From Chiloscyllium plagiosum (taxonomy: Eukaryota): a DNA stretch of 63,798 nucleotides. Below, one piece after another: positions 40,701 through 53,182 of this stretch. Both the position numbers and the translations under genes were made by a program. Where the stretch lies: the NCBI RefSeq assembly GCF_004010195.1, contig NC_057758.1, positions 4,312,710 to 4,376,507 of the forward strand, in the 5' to 3' direction. The notes beneath the pieces are model-generated. The model saw only the letters and a program-made list of their open reading frames with translations, searched no databases and had not been told where the DNA came from. Position 1 is the first letter of the stretch; the number at the start of each line of letters is the position of its first letter.

Positions 40701-41419
40701 ACCGGCTCCACATAGAAACATCATGCAATGGACAACTAGGTTAATTCGGTTTCTGATTGTGACAAACTGTTATGTAGTAGGTATTTGCAAAGTAAGCACA
40801 CAACATTCTGAATCACAGAGAAAAAAAATCAGAATAGTATTGAACGTGAGTGTACATATTTCCTTTGGCCGTTATCACTAAGTGGTGGACTCCCAGTCAT
40901 TGCAGAAAGGGATGTTTAAAGGGCAGCACCCTTCCCTTATCTGTTTCCTTTCCAAGTGCAGTCGCAACTGGAGGTGAAACACAGAGTTTGAAGGAATATA
41001 ATTGCACTGAACAATTCAATGTCCAATTGCAGCACAACCCACACTGCTTTGCCATGCCATCTTCAGAAATAATACCATCTCCAACAAAATTAAACCAAAT
41101 CACCAAATGTAAATGCTTAACGATGTTTCCGTCGCTCACTGACACATTACCAATATCCTGTAGGTGACAATTGATAGCTAGCTACCAACAAGTCACAACA
41201 TAAATCTGAGGGCGACATTACCTTTGGCATCAATATTCAAAGCGCATTATTGAGTCCAGAATTAGCCAACCTGTTTGATTGACAATCCATTCACGCCATT
41301 AAACATTGACTCTCACCAACATCTCCAAACAGGGACAACTGTGTGTGCCAACGCATTGCTGTCACTCCTCAAAGCCTCTTTGGCAGCGCTTTCCAAAACC
41401 ATGAACGGTCCACACTCGA

Positions 41420-41870
41420 CTAACAAAAGCACGTTTCAAAACCGGTCAACTTTGTCGACATTCCTCTGTGGATTTTCCTCTGGATTTTCCTGGATCGTCT
41501 CTTCTTCAGTCTTCTGCTACGCACCTTTTCTATTTCAGAGAGCTATTTGGCTAGCAGTCTATACTTGTTGGTGTATGGCAGTTCTCCCCCGAAGTGTTCA
41601 AAATAACCGGTTTTATACCGGAAAACTGATCTTTACATGGATTGGTGTTGTCAAAAATCAAATTCGGTTGTGTTTTCGTATCTGGGGCACAGTTTAAACT
41701 AATTGGCCAAATTAAAATTTGTTTTTGTTCCATGACGACGTAAATACAGGTATTTGTTTCAAACAAATGTTACATTTTTACGATGTTCAGCACTCTCTGC
41801 GCTTTCAGTCAGACCTTGCTATCTTCCCTTCTCCCTTCAAGTTTCAGTGCACAACTACACCTTCATAACA
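41420..41870 (-). repeat. 3' LTR of the Gmr1-like element (distal end uncertain)
   Basis: Aligns by eye with 45490-45954; both begin TGTTATGAA on the minus strand. Confidence 0.75.
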
Positions 41871-44800
41871 TTTCCACTGAAGAAAATAATGGACCAACAT
41901 AATGAAAAGATGGCTTTTCTTCTGCTATCCATTAACCACGTTATGATGACATGCATATAACTTTAATCTAAGGTCACCTTAACCTCTTTCCATACATATA
42001 TGCGTGTGTGTGCGTGTGTGTGCATGCACGACATCTGCAATTGCATTCTTACGAATCACAACGCGTGATTTCTCCATTACAATTCTCTAATGTAAGATTC
42101 AATGTAATTGTTTTATATTCTTGTATTTAAAGCATTCAAAGAATGCAACAGCATTGTGATCTGAGTACACAATCATCTCCACACACTGCTCGTGACGTAA
42201 ACGACAACTTTTGTAAGTCCAGTACAAAACGTAATAGTATTTTTATGACTGTCGAGCATTTCCTCTGGTGGATGTTCCGTTTCATCAATAAGTAACCAAC
42301 AAGCAGTTCATTCCCACCATCATCGCCCTGCAGAAGTATAGATTCAACTCCGAAGTTACGAGCATCTTTTGCAAATTTGAAAGGTTTCAAAAAGTTGGGT
42401 TTAGCTAAAACTGGTGCCGTGGTTAATATGGCTGTTAAATGTTCGAATGCCTCCTGGCATTGCTCTGTCCACTGAAACTTTGTGATTTTCTTCAGCAAAT
42501 TGGTAAATGGTGCCACTAAACTGCTGAAAGTTGGAACAAAGTTCCGATGGAATCAGCTCTGTCCCAAGTATCAAGACAACTTTTACTTTGAGTTTGGTCA
42601 TGGAAAGTCCTTGACGACATTCGCCATTGCTTTCCGTGGGGTCAAGCTTCCATGAGCGACGATATGCACCAAGAAAGTAAACTCTGTTTTCGAGAATTCA
42701 GTTTTGTTTAAGTTTACAACTGGTTTTGCTTGTCACAGGCGTTCAAAGAACTCTGTCAACGGAAAGTGATCTTTCCAGGGCTTACTCATATCAGCCAAAT
42801 GGACTGCACAGTTTGTCAAAACAGGCACTACTCTGTTCATGAGTCTTTGGAATGTGGCAGGTGCGTTCTTCATTCCAGAATGCATCACTTTGAATGGACA
42901 TAGCCCATTCGGGGTTACAAATGCAGAAATGACTTTTGCTGTTTCGATAAAGTTACCTGCCAGGAAACACGCAATCAATCCAAACTGGTGATGTAACTAA
43001 ACTTTTCAACTTTCTCGAAGCAGTCCTGATATCTTGGCATTGGAAATGACTCCGATTTTGCAGCGGAGTTGACCTTCCAATAATCGATACAAAATCAATG
43101 TTTATCGTTCGATTTGTGAACTAATACAATCAGCGAACTCCACTTGACCCGACACAGTTCAAAGACAACCTCGTTGAGCATGGTCTCCACCTTATTTTGG
43201 ACCTGCCTGGCTTTTGAAGGATTAAGCCGATAGGGGTGTTGATTGATCGAAACAGCATCCCCGACGTCTATTTCATGTAGAATCGCATTACTCCTCCCCA
43301 TCTGATTTCTACATCTGTCCTCAGACAGCAGTAGCAAACTTTTCAACCTCCTAACATATCTAGTTTGCCCACTAATTTACTGACATATCCCCCTTCTCAA
43401 GATCTTCTTCATATTTTATACATATTTTAAACACATCAATATCCACAACATCTGGACTTGATTTCTCAATCCGCATGGCCGTGCCTAACGCCTGTTTCTA
43501 CAGTTATTCCTCTCTTCGTGTTATCTGGTGGAGACGAATGCAATCAATGATAACCCACGTGACAGGTTCTTCGAACAAGGGAATTGACAACAAAGGTACT
43601 AGTTTTAAGAACACATTTAGCGTACCTATCATTTGTCATGTATGAAGTGTACGACCAATGTTAACAACATTTCCTTTGCATCCAGGCCATTAAAAATGTT
43701 TTTGTACCTTAGCCTGAGCCTTTTTTACCACGAGATGACCTTCATGACTAAACACTACTGCTTGACTCTCTGCCTGTTCAGGTTTTTCCAACACGTCAAA
43801 CACAGTGTCTGCTAACTGAACCCGAACTGCTTCGTCTTTCTCTTTAGTTTTTGCTTCGTACTGTGACTTATACTATTAGGATATTGTGACTACACAATCT
43901 ATGAAAATACCAGGATATCTTTCTTCTAACTAGCTCCGTTTCTTGGTCTTGTTTGGGCTTTTCCACAACAACGAGTGTCACTCCCACCTCGGATCCTGCT
44001 AAATGATTCCCAAGAACAACCTGGATTCCTGGAACTGACACTCCATCACTCCCAGTGTTACTTTCCCAGTCTTGGGTTGGCATTCCAAACAAATTTACAC
44101 AGGAGAAGGTTACATTTCTGTCCATCTATCACACAAATTAACCTACTCTCGGGTAACAGACCAGAAAGTGCGCATTTCTCTAATCTCTTACTATTCGAGA
44201 CGCATAACATCATGTATCTCTCAACATTTCATATCATTTTCCCCCTGTTCTCTCTGAGTACAGTTTCCCCACAGAGGCGAATTCTAAAAGAGGCCAGGGA
44301 CTAACTCCATACCCAGACCCTGCCTACGCTGTGCATTTATCTGCAGCTCCTCAGCTCTTGGGGTTTCCTTCACTATTTTCCGGAATGCGATTGGCCTCGC
44401 TTCATTCACCACATCTTCTCCCAAAGTGTTTTTTCTCTACCGGCTACGATTGTGACTTTAGCGTCCTCATTAATAGTGGAAATGCCTGCGGCATTTCACT
44501 ACCCTTCTACCCTCTTGGACTTCTTTTGTTCACCCCTGGAAAAAAATCACCAGTGTTCGTTACTTGTGGTTACATAGTGCAGCACCACCCCTTCTCCCAA
44601 CATGTATTCCTCACAGGACGAAGTTCTGGTTCGAAACGTGTCATATGCGCCAACGTGTCTTCATCTGCTAATTCTGCTGCCCTTCCCAATGTCTGAACTT
44701 TCTGTTCCTCCACGTGAATACATGGTGAGGTTTTTCAACTCCTCTACCAGTATAATCTCCCTTAGAACATCATAGGTCTTATGTATCTTTAAAGCCCACA

Positions 44801-45234
44801 CCAACCTATCAAAATGACGATGTTTTATTCTTTCAAAGACAACATAATTCTGACTTGGTTCCTTCTTTACGTTTCTGAACAGCCGTCTATACGCTCTGGT
44901 ACCAATTAAAAAGCACTTAAATAGCATGTTTGACTTCTTCATAATCTCTTGAACCCCGCCTGAAAGCCTGAAAAATATCTCAATCGCTCTGCCTCCGAGA
45001 TTAGTCTGATCTAGCATTACCCAGAAATCCTCCGATCATTCCATCTGCCGAGACAATTTTGAAAAGAAATGAAGCATGTTTCGACATCTCTCTCAACAAG
45101 CTGTGGCAACGTTTTGATATGTTTACCTTCTCTTTGAATTTCCATTATGTTAATTTGTTACTTCTGACGAAGTTGCACCTTCTCCAGTTCAATATTTCTC
45201 TCTTTACCTCATCTAAGAATCTTTTCCCTGCAGG

Positions 45235-45370
45235 GACCCTGCCTCTATTCCTGATGAAAGGCTTTTGCCTGAAACGTTGATTTTCCTGCTCCTCGGATGC
45301 TGCCTGACCCGCTGCGGTTTTCCAGCAACACTCTAATCTAGAATCTGGTTTCCAGCATCTGCAGTCCTTT
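45235..45370 (+). mobile_element. PLE tail inserted in the Gypsy leader, with a hammerhead motif at about 45247-45282
   Basis: ATTC CTGATGA A AGGC TTTT GCCT GAAA CG TT^GA, followed by ctcggatgctgcctgacc. Confidence 0.78.
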
Positions 45371-45489
45371 TTATTTTAAACCGGTTTTATTTTTATGTCC
45401 AACAGAAAGCATTCAAACCATTATTTACACCTCCTTTCTCTTAAAGCTATCTTTTACCTCTCCCTGTACTGGTCTGATGAACACGTTTT

Positions 45490-45954
45490 TACAAACAAAG
45501 TCACTTTTCAAAATCGGTCAGCTTTGTCGATTTTAGTCTGTAGATTTTCCTCTGCATTTTTCTGGGTCGTTTTTGCCTTGGTCTTCTGCCGTACAACTTT
45601 TCTTATGAACGGTACTTTTCATAGAGCTATGTGGTTCACATTCTATACTTGTTGCTGTTTGGCAGTTATCCCCTTAACTGTTCAAAATGTCCGGTTTTAT
45701 AACCCATCGAATCATGTCATTATTTTGAAGTCATCAAAACATTAAATTACCAATTGGATTTTGGTAACGGGTATAAAATTCCATCTGATGAGCCAAAATT
45801 TGAATTTATTTTGTTTCATGTCAACAAATTCCACCTATATGCTTCAATCAAGTGTTACATTTTTACAATGTTCGGCATTCTCTGCGCTGTCGGTCAGTGC
45901 TTGCGAGCTTTGCTCTTTCTTAAAGTTACAGTACACACCTACACATTCATAACA
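45490..45954 (-). repeat. 5' LTR of the Gmr1-like element (inner end uncertain)
   Basis: Diverged direct repeat of 41420-41870. Confidence 0.75.
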
Positions 45955-46599
45955 GTGCTTTTGCAATATTCAACAAATATCGTACCTCTTAGCCATTTTT
46001 GACACAGTGTTAAGATGGCTGGTCTGACGAACTCAATTTTCCTGGCACTATTAACAACTCGATTCCAAGGCGAATTCCCCTGTTTAGGGCAATGTTCCTA
46101 ATATACATCCACATTGTTTATCTGAGATGACTTGCAGCATCAGCATCCAGTGGTATTCTCAAAACCTTTCTGGACATTCCATTGTAAAAAGAAACACCTC
46201 CACGTGGTTTAGTGTTATGGCGAAGTAAGACCTTTCCCACAACAGTGTCTCATCACGCGGTCATTCCTCTATCAAAATAAGATGCTTTCAAATTTGCCCT
46301 GATTCATATGCATATTTCGATTTAATCTAATTGCTCGTTGTCCTGTCCAATTAACCATCAATGGTCTCGTTTGAAGATAGTTTTAATCCTATCACTGCAG
46401 AGAGGAATTTTAAACACATTTTGGCTTCCCATTGTTTGCGACATAATATGCACACAAGTGAAAACTTGGCACAAAATCAACTGAAGAGAGGCAGATTCTG
46501 CACCATTGTTATGGTATATAACAGGTGCATCAAAACGTGAAGAAAATGAGGCACATAATGAGGCAGTAGATTTAATGCAGCATAAATAATTAGTTTCTT

Positions 46600-47470
46600 T
46601 TTACTGGTTTATCATTTAACAATAAGATAAAAGGGACAGTTCAGCTATCTTCTACTGCTGTCTTAACGGAATAAATGGCGCAGCAACACAGCAGGTGCAC
46701 GATTAAGCCAATTTCTCGTGCAAGGACAAGCATTCGTATGAATCTGTATTAAAAGAAATGCATAGTTATCCACAGAGAATAAAACATCCACATTCTACTA
46801 TAATAACGTTAAACCTGCTGAGATAACAAGCAATAAACTGAATGATTTCCTTTAATCCTCCGTCTCTGAGTCTCTGCAAACCTTCCCACTGCGGTGAGCC
46901 TCGGACGATTTTGCAGTCTGTGCTAGCCACGAAGATGACTCTGTTAGTAGAAAGGTCGTGAACTAGAATCAGAATAAAATAAATACATTGTGTTAAGAAA
47001 TGTTGGAGGATCTCGATTGTTGTCCATTCCACTGAAATTGTCGAGCGACCTGGAACAAAACAAAACCACGGAGCTTTCTGACGAGTGCACAGGCTTATGA
47101 ACATCAAATCCCAGAGAATGTTCATTATAAAACTCGAAGCAATCACTATCACCAAAACCTGATTGGCAGACGTCTTCGTGAAAGACTTCTTTTCCAACTT
47201 CTGACCAGAAATGACCACAAATAAATTGAGGAGAAATTGACAGTGAACCAAGTCTATGACAGCATAAAGCAGAGCAGTGTGAATATCACACAACGGAGCA
47301 GCCTTTAGCAAAAGAAAATGTTCTCCATAAGCGATAGGATTGTGCCTCATTTTCAGGTCAAAGATAATGATCAGTTTATCAGATGTTGAGATTGCCACAA
47401 GGTAGAAAGTGACATATGACGAAATGTTGTAATTCCCCAGAGAGAAAATCGGAATAATCAAGATGTTTCT
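46600..47470 (-). pseudogene. GPR139/142-like GPCR pseudogene (main exon)
   Basis: YVTFYLVAISTSDKLIIIFDL, LCDIHTALLYAVID and PWFC align with the 59-kb copy. After a frameshift it reads RDSETED*RKSFSLLLVIS and EIGLIVHLLCCC. The DRF motif is lost. Confidence 0.85.
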
Positions 47471-47554
47471 TGCAAGGAAGAACAGAAAATTGAAACCTCG
47501 GCATACGATCATTGAGGGTGCACAACCGTTTTAATATTCATTATTGCTGGTGGA

Positions 47555-48231
47555 TTATTTGATGCTTTGAAGATAATTAGCCGATTGCTCACTGGAAACA
47601 TTGCCTCTACAGCTGCTGTTTCGATTAGTGCAGGTGCAGTTTGCAGATGAACTGGAGCCGGAAAGTTGATTATGATTAGAAATATCGTTGGTAGCAATAG
47701 TCGATTTTTTTCTGTGGACTAGTTGTCGATCACAACAGTCTTCAATTGCGAACAATTATGTCATTAGTCCTATTACAGTTTAACAGTTTGGCCATCTGAA
47801 TAGGAAAAACAGAAACGATCAGATCCAGCGTCTTAGGAGCTCAAGCTTTTCGTGCAGGAAATGCCACCTTGACAATGAAAGAAAACTTATCTTCCCAGCA
47901 TCAGTTGCTCTGAGTTGCAAGTTTCAATGACGAAAGCAGAGACCTTCAATAACTGTACCAGACATCTTGTGCATCTTGTAAACCAGTAAACAGAAATCAT
48001 CAAGACAAGGAAGGTGGTGAAGCAATATTATGATCAGGACGAGAACCAACTCGTCTAATCCTATAAACTGAGACCACTGAATTGCTTTCACAATTTTCTT
48101 ATATTCATAAGAGCTATGATTGTTTCGTGTGTATGAGACTGCGTGCAGCGTTTCTGTTTGCAAGAAGATTCTTCTTTAAATTTGTAAGTTTTAAGCCAAT
48201 GATTCATTTTTGTAACCTTGTAATTAGTGTC
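47555..48231 (-). pseudogene. Possible 3' part (BAR C-terminus) of a decayed sorting-nexin-like retrocopy
   Basis: LKKNLL/QTETLHAVSYTRNNHSSYEYKKIVKAI resembles the SNX4/7/30 BAR pattern LKEYLxYxExLxAV; many stops. Confidence 0.3.
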
Positions 48232-48658
48232 TGTAATGGAAAATTGACAGAATTAACATTTACTGTGGAATCTGAAAGATAATGCTTTGCTAAATGTAAT
48301 ACTTTCCTGATCTTTGCAAAAACTTTGCTCAATTCTGAAGTCGAGGAGATGTCTTGAATTTGCTGATGTTTGTAAACATTCAACTTGGCCTTGTGAGCAG
48401 TCAAATTCAACAAAGAAGCTAAGGAAAACACAAAGACAGTTATGTCCACGGCAAGGGAATGAGAAATTAAGAACTCGAATGTTTCCCAGCCCTTGTTCCT
48501 GAGCGCATGATAAGAACTGTATAAAAGGAATATGTAATATTATTCATCGCCCTTATATTTTTGCCAAGTGCATTGGTCCTGCATGTAGCTGGTCAAAAAT
48601 AAAGCTTTTTCTTTGCTCTTTCTAGTAGTTGAGTTGAGTTGATTTAATTTCCACGGCA
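48232..48658 (+). repeat. ERV 5' LTR
   Basis: TGTAATGGAAAATT...CACGGCA, with a TATAAAA box near 48520 and AATAAA at about 48598. Confidence 0.88.
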
Positions 48659-48665
48659 GTAAACT

Positions 48666-48684
48666 TGGAGGCTCGTCCCGGGAC
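48666..48684 (+). promoter_or_regulatory. Primer binding site, tRNA-Pro type
   Basis: TGGAGGCTCGTCCCGGGAC compared with the canonical TGGGGGCTCGTCCGGGAT. Confidence 0.8.
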
Positions 48685-51600
48685 CCCAAGATTGGGTGAG
48701 ATTCTGAAGACTCCCAGGAGGCGCAGGCCCCAGCGCCTTGAAGGTATTTCACTTCATCTCAAGTGTTGAAATGGCAGCTTTGCGGGAGAGGACTGGGAAT
48801 CTGTAGATCGCCCCAGCGCCGGGCTTCGAAGCGAATGGGGTCGGGCTAAGAATCGTGGCTGAAGTAATCCTATGCAAAGACTCATTCTAAGAGAATAAAT
48901 GAAGCAGGAAACATGTCCAGTGAACTCTCGTGCAGTATTCAGCCGTACACGTCCATGCCAGATCAACGAACCTGCAAGCGGAAGAGAACAGAGACCTTAA
49001 TGCTTTTGTTGCAACGCTGGCAAAAGTGAAGGGAGGCATTCCCAGTGTGAATGGACATGACCAAAATTACTATGTGTAAACAACCACAAGGTGAGACAGT
49101 GTCCCAGTACCTGACGCGCCTCACTGAATTTCATAACGCACATAGTGGACAGAAACCACCCAAAGACATAACGGCAGCAGAAATCACACCATATGCACCA
49201 CACCTGAGGCACAGCTTCATCAATGGAATAAACCGAGACAGTGATAAAGGTAAAAGACACGTGTATTACCTGGGACACGGGAAAGCTGAATTTCTTAGAA
49301 CAACATGCGATACTTGCTGAAAAATCGCTTGGCCAAGAAAAGGGTAAGCGGACACGAAAGAGGGAACAGCAAGCACATAAGGCTCAGCTTAGTATGATAC
49401 AAATGCTTACTCAGCTGTTGGAGGGTGGTGCTGCTGGAGGAGAGGCGGGGTGGAGGTCACGCAAGATGAAATGAAGGGGGCGTGGAAGAGGCGCTGGCAG
49501 AGTCTTTCTTTGCGGAACAATGAAGCAACAGCCCAGGTAAACCGACTAGCCCTGAAAAGCCTAGGAGGGTAGCCTGACGTTTCCCTCAGATAGAAGTCTC
49601 GGACCGAAGATTAAATCGGTCCCTACTGAGTTGTGGGCAAAAGGTAAACATGATGTGGGGCTCATACGAAACTGTGAATCCATAAGGATAACCTCGAAGT
49701 CTGAGTATACTCCGTGCAGAGCACAATGCCCGTTAAAACCCGAGGCCATAGAAGGAATTACTCCAGTCTTTGAATCCCTCATAAAGGCTTGGTAATAATC
49801 CCTTGTGAAAACTCACCGGTGAGAATCCACATTTTTCTGGTCAAAACGCAAACATTCCAGGTGAACCGGAGGAGTGGATGACCGTTCAAGACCTGCAGGC
49901 AGACAATAACGCTGTTGTTCCCAACCCCGATACTATATTAGTTCAAATTCCACCGGACAGTAAATGGTTCTCCGTTGTGGATTTACCAAATGCCTTCTTT
50001 AGTGTATCAGACACACAGATAGTCAATTCCAGTTCGCTTTTTCATTCAAAGGGAAATCATATATTTCACGCGACGTTTTGAAGGTTACTGTGAGTCCCCA
50101 CCATATATAATGAGGCTCGACGCAGGAGTCTGGAGACTCTGGTTTTAACCACGGGGTCAGCGCTTCTGCAGTATGTAACGATTGCTTAATAGCAGCAGCG
50201 ACAGAGGAACAATGTGAGAAGGATACCCTTGAGTTGCTCTGCTATCTCGCGAGGGTAGGGCATAAAGCTAGTCTCGCAAAGCTACAATTTGTGTAACAAC
50301 CTGGTGAAGTTCTTAGGTCACTGAATATCTGAACATGGGAAAGCCATTGGTCAAGACAGAGTTCAAGCAATCCAGCAAATTCCACAGCCTCACACGAAGT
50401 AACAATTGCTACCATGTTTGGGCATGTGCTCCTACTCTAAAATGTTTAACTCACATTACGCAACCATTGTGGCGCCCTGAACTGGCACAGACCACGGCAT
50501 AGGGTTGCAGAACCAAAGTCCGTTGCACTCAACCTGAGAGGCCGAGACTGCCTTTGTTAAATTGAAAATGGCACTCCAAACTACACCTGCACTGGGGATT
50601 CCGAATCCACCAAGCCTTTTGCACAAACGGTAGATGGGAAGTGTGGCTGCATGACATCTGTGCTGTTGCAAGATCATGGGGGAAATTTGAGGCTCGTAGC
50701 ATATTTTTCGGCTGACCTAAACCCCGTAGCGGCAGGATTGCCTAAATGCCTGCGAGCCGTAGCTGTAGCTGAAAAGGCTGTTGCAGCATCAAGGGATATA
50801 GTCAGCTATGCTGGATTAACCCTATTCGTCCGACATGCAATATCCTTACTGCTTTCCGAGCAAAAGACCGCACACATGTTGGCATCACGTTGGCTCTGAT
50901 ACAATACTGTGTTATTGGAGATGCCTGACGTTACAATAAAGCGATGTAATTTCCTTAACCCTGCTAGCCTTCTCCCCAGAGAAGGAGACGGAGATCCACA
51001 TGATTGTGTCGTTGTAACTGATGAAATTTGCAGACCTAGACCAGATTTGCAGGATACAACGCTTCAGAATCTAGATATTGAGTTTTTGGTGGATGGGTCA
51101 TCATTCAGAAGCATGGAAACAGGCCAATATTGTGTTGGGTATGCTGTAGTGACTACCCACGAGGTAGTCAAATCGGGATCACTCCATTCACATATGTCAG
51201 CTTAAGCAGTGGAGCTAATTGCCTTAACAGAGGCCTGTAAATTGGCTGAGGGAAAGACAGTGAATATTTACACCGATAGCAGCTGCGCTTTTGGGGTTGT
51301 ACATGATTTTGGAATCCTGTGGAAACACAGGTGTTTCTTGACCTCCACGGGAAACCCATCACACATCGTGGCCTGATGTCTGACCATTTGGAAGAGGTCC
51401 TATTGCATAAATCAATCGCTGTATGTAAATGTGAAGCCCTCATGAAAAATAACGATTATATTTCTCAAGGCAATGCGACGCCAGTCTCACTAGCAAGGAC
51501 AGTCGCCAAGCAGCCACCAAGTGATGAGCTTGACATGTGTATGACAAAAATATGTACCCCAACAGCAGACGTGCGGGAGTTACAGTCATAGGCTGCGCCG

Positions 51601-52722
51601 GAAGAGAGGTATGAGTGAACAAGGGCAGGGTGCAGCGTGTGGGAATGGGTATGGTGTGGCTCCAATGGTAAACCTTGTCAACCACGATCATTATTCCCAT
51701 TCTATGCCAAACTGACACACGGTACGAACCAGGAGTCAAAAGGGGGGATATATGATAGTATTTCGGCACACTGGTACTCTTACGGATTTATTCATTACTC
51801 CCAGAAATATTGTGAATCATGTGTTATCTTTCCCACTAATAACGTGGCGGGGGGGGGGGGGGGGGGGGGGGGAGAGAGAGAGATGCAGATGAGTCAGGCA
51901 GCACACCCTTAACCCCAAAGACTCTTTGAAAATTTGCAGATGTATTTTATTGAACTAACACCCAGCAACGGGAAGAATTATTGCCAGGTAATAGTTGATA
52001 TGTTTTCTAAATGGGTTGAAGCGTTCCCCAAGTCTAAACAGGATGCCAGCGCATCGCTAACTGAAATAATTCAGAATTGGGGCATCCCTGAAAGGCTTAG
52101 TAGTGACATTGGAACATCATTTGTCAATAATGCCCTACAGCAGGTCAGGGATTACTTGAGAATAAATGTGAGACAACAATGTGCCTACCACCCAGCGAGA
52201 GATACGGCAGTGGAAAGAGAAAATGCTACCCAAAATATAAATTGACCAAATGTTGTAAGGAACAAGGGGTGACATGAACAAAGGCACCTTCGATTGTTCT
52301 ATTGTATATGAGATCTAGGAGGAGAGGAAGAGCCAATCTTAGCCCGTTTGAGATTTTGTTCGCTTGTCCACCCAATGCAGGAATTGTCCCAAGACCTAAG
52401 GTAAGACAGATAACAGACTACTGTGAGGATGAGATATTCTGTTACTTCATTAAACTCTCGAAACTTTTGTCTCACATAGAGAATCAAAAGAAAGCAGCAC
52501 CATCCCAACCAGCAGAAGGGAAACTGCGTGATCTATAACTTTGACACTGGATAGTGGTGAAAGAGTTCAGGATGAGAGTCTGGAAGCCGATGAGGAGGCT
52601 GGGACCGTTCCAAGTCCTCCTTACCATACAGACAGGTGTTAAGATCGCAAATTTATAGCTATCTGGCTCTGTATTGTTTTTAATCTGGCTCTGTACTTTT
52701 TATCCTTGTCATAAAATGATTT

Positions 52723-52735
52723 AATAAAGGGGAAA
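52723..52735 (+). promoter_or_regulatory. Polypurine tract
   Basis: aataaaggggaaa lies immediately before the TG of the 3' LTR. Confidence 0.75.
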
Positions 52736-53182
52736 TGTGGTGGAAAATTAACAAACTTAACATTTACTGCGAAATCTGAAAGAGAATACTTTGTTAAATC
52801 TAATACTTTGCTCAATCGTTAGGCAGACTGCCTGACTTTGCTGGGTTTTGCAAGCAGACAGCCTGGCCTTTCAAGTCGTGCAAGTAGTCGAATTCAGCAG
52901 AGTTAGGGAAGACATAAGGGCAGTAAGGAATTATATCAACAGCAAAGGAATGAGAAAAACAACTCCATAACAGGAAAGGAGCTCTACTGTTCCCAGCTCT
53001 TCTCCTTGAGCGTGTGATAAGGTTAAGCGAAGTATAGTATAAAGAGAATAAGTGAAAGCTGTTCAGGGCCCCTTACGTGACGCGTTTTGCCAAATGTATT
53101 GATTCCCGCTACAATGGTTACAATAAAACATTTTCTTTGCTCTTGCTCGCATTTGAGTCGAGTCGATTTAAGTTTCAGGACA
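52736..53182 (+). repeat. ERV 3' LTR
   Basis: TGTGGTGGAAAATT...CAGGACA; diverged copy of 48232-48658 with AATAAA at about 53122. Confidence 0.88.

Larger units (their letters stand above)
41420..45954 (-). mobile_element. Degraded Gmr1-like Ty3/Gypsy LTR retrotransposon (gag-PR-IN-RT-RH)
   Basis: gag LGGRAIEIF...AYRRLFRNVKKEPSQ (44.7-45.2 kb); PR PGIQVVLGNHLAGSEV (~44.0 kb); IN zinc-finger remnant QAKVQKHF*WPG...IPLFEEPVTWVIIDC (43.5-43.75 kb); RT QHPYRLNP, SAFVTPNGL...GMKNAPATFQRLMN; RH WTEQCQEAFEHL. Confidence 0.85.
48232..53182 (+). mobile_element. Defective class I (epsilon-like) endogenous retrovirus: LTR-gag-RT-RNaseH-IN-LTR
   Basis: gag DMTKITMCKQPQGETVSQYLTRL; RT LWAKGKHDVGLI, PLKPEAIEGI, FSVVDLPNAFFS, LQYV; RNase H FLVDGSS, VNIYTDS; IN VIVDMFSKWVEAFP, SSDIGTSF, GPFQVLL; paired LTRs, PBS and PPT. 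Confidence 0.92.

Noticed and set aside
41700..41766. TNTCIYVV resembling GPCR TM7
   Set aside because: It lies inside the Gypsy LTR, is not conserved in the other LTR, and has no flanking TM segments.
46766..47512. 248-aa ORF as an intact GPCR gene
   Set aside because: It starts in intron-like sequence, lacks the DRF motif, and leaves the receptor frame after TM5; the true frame has stops.
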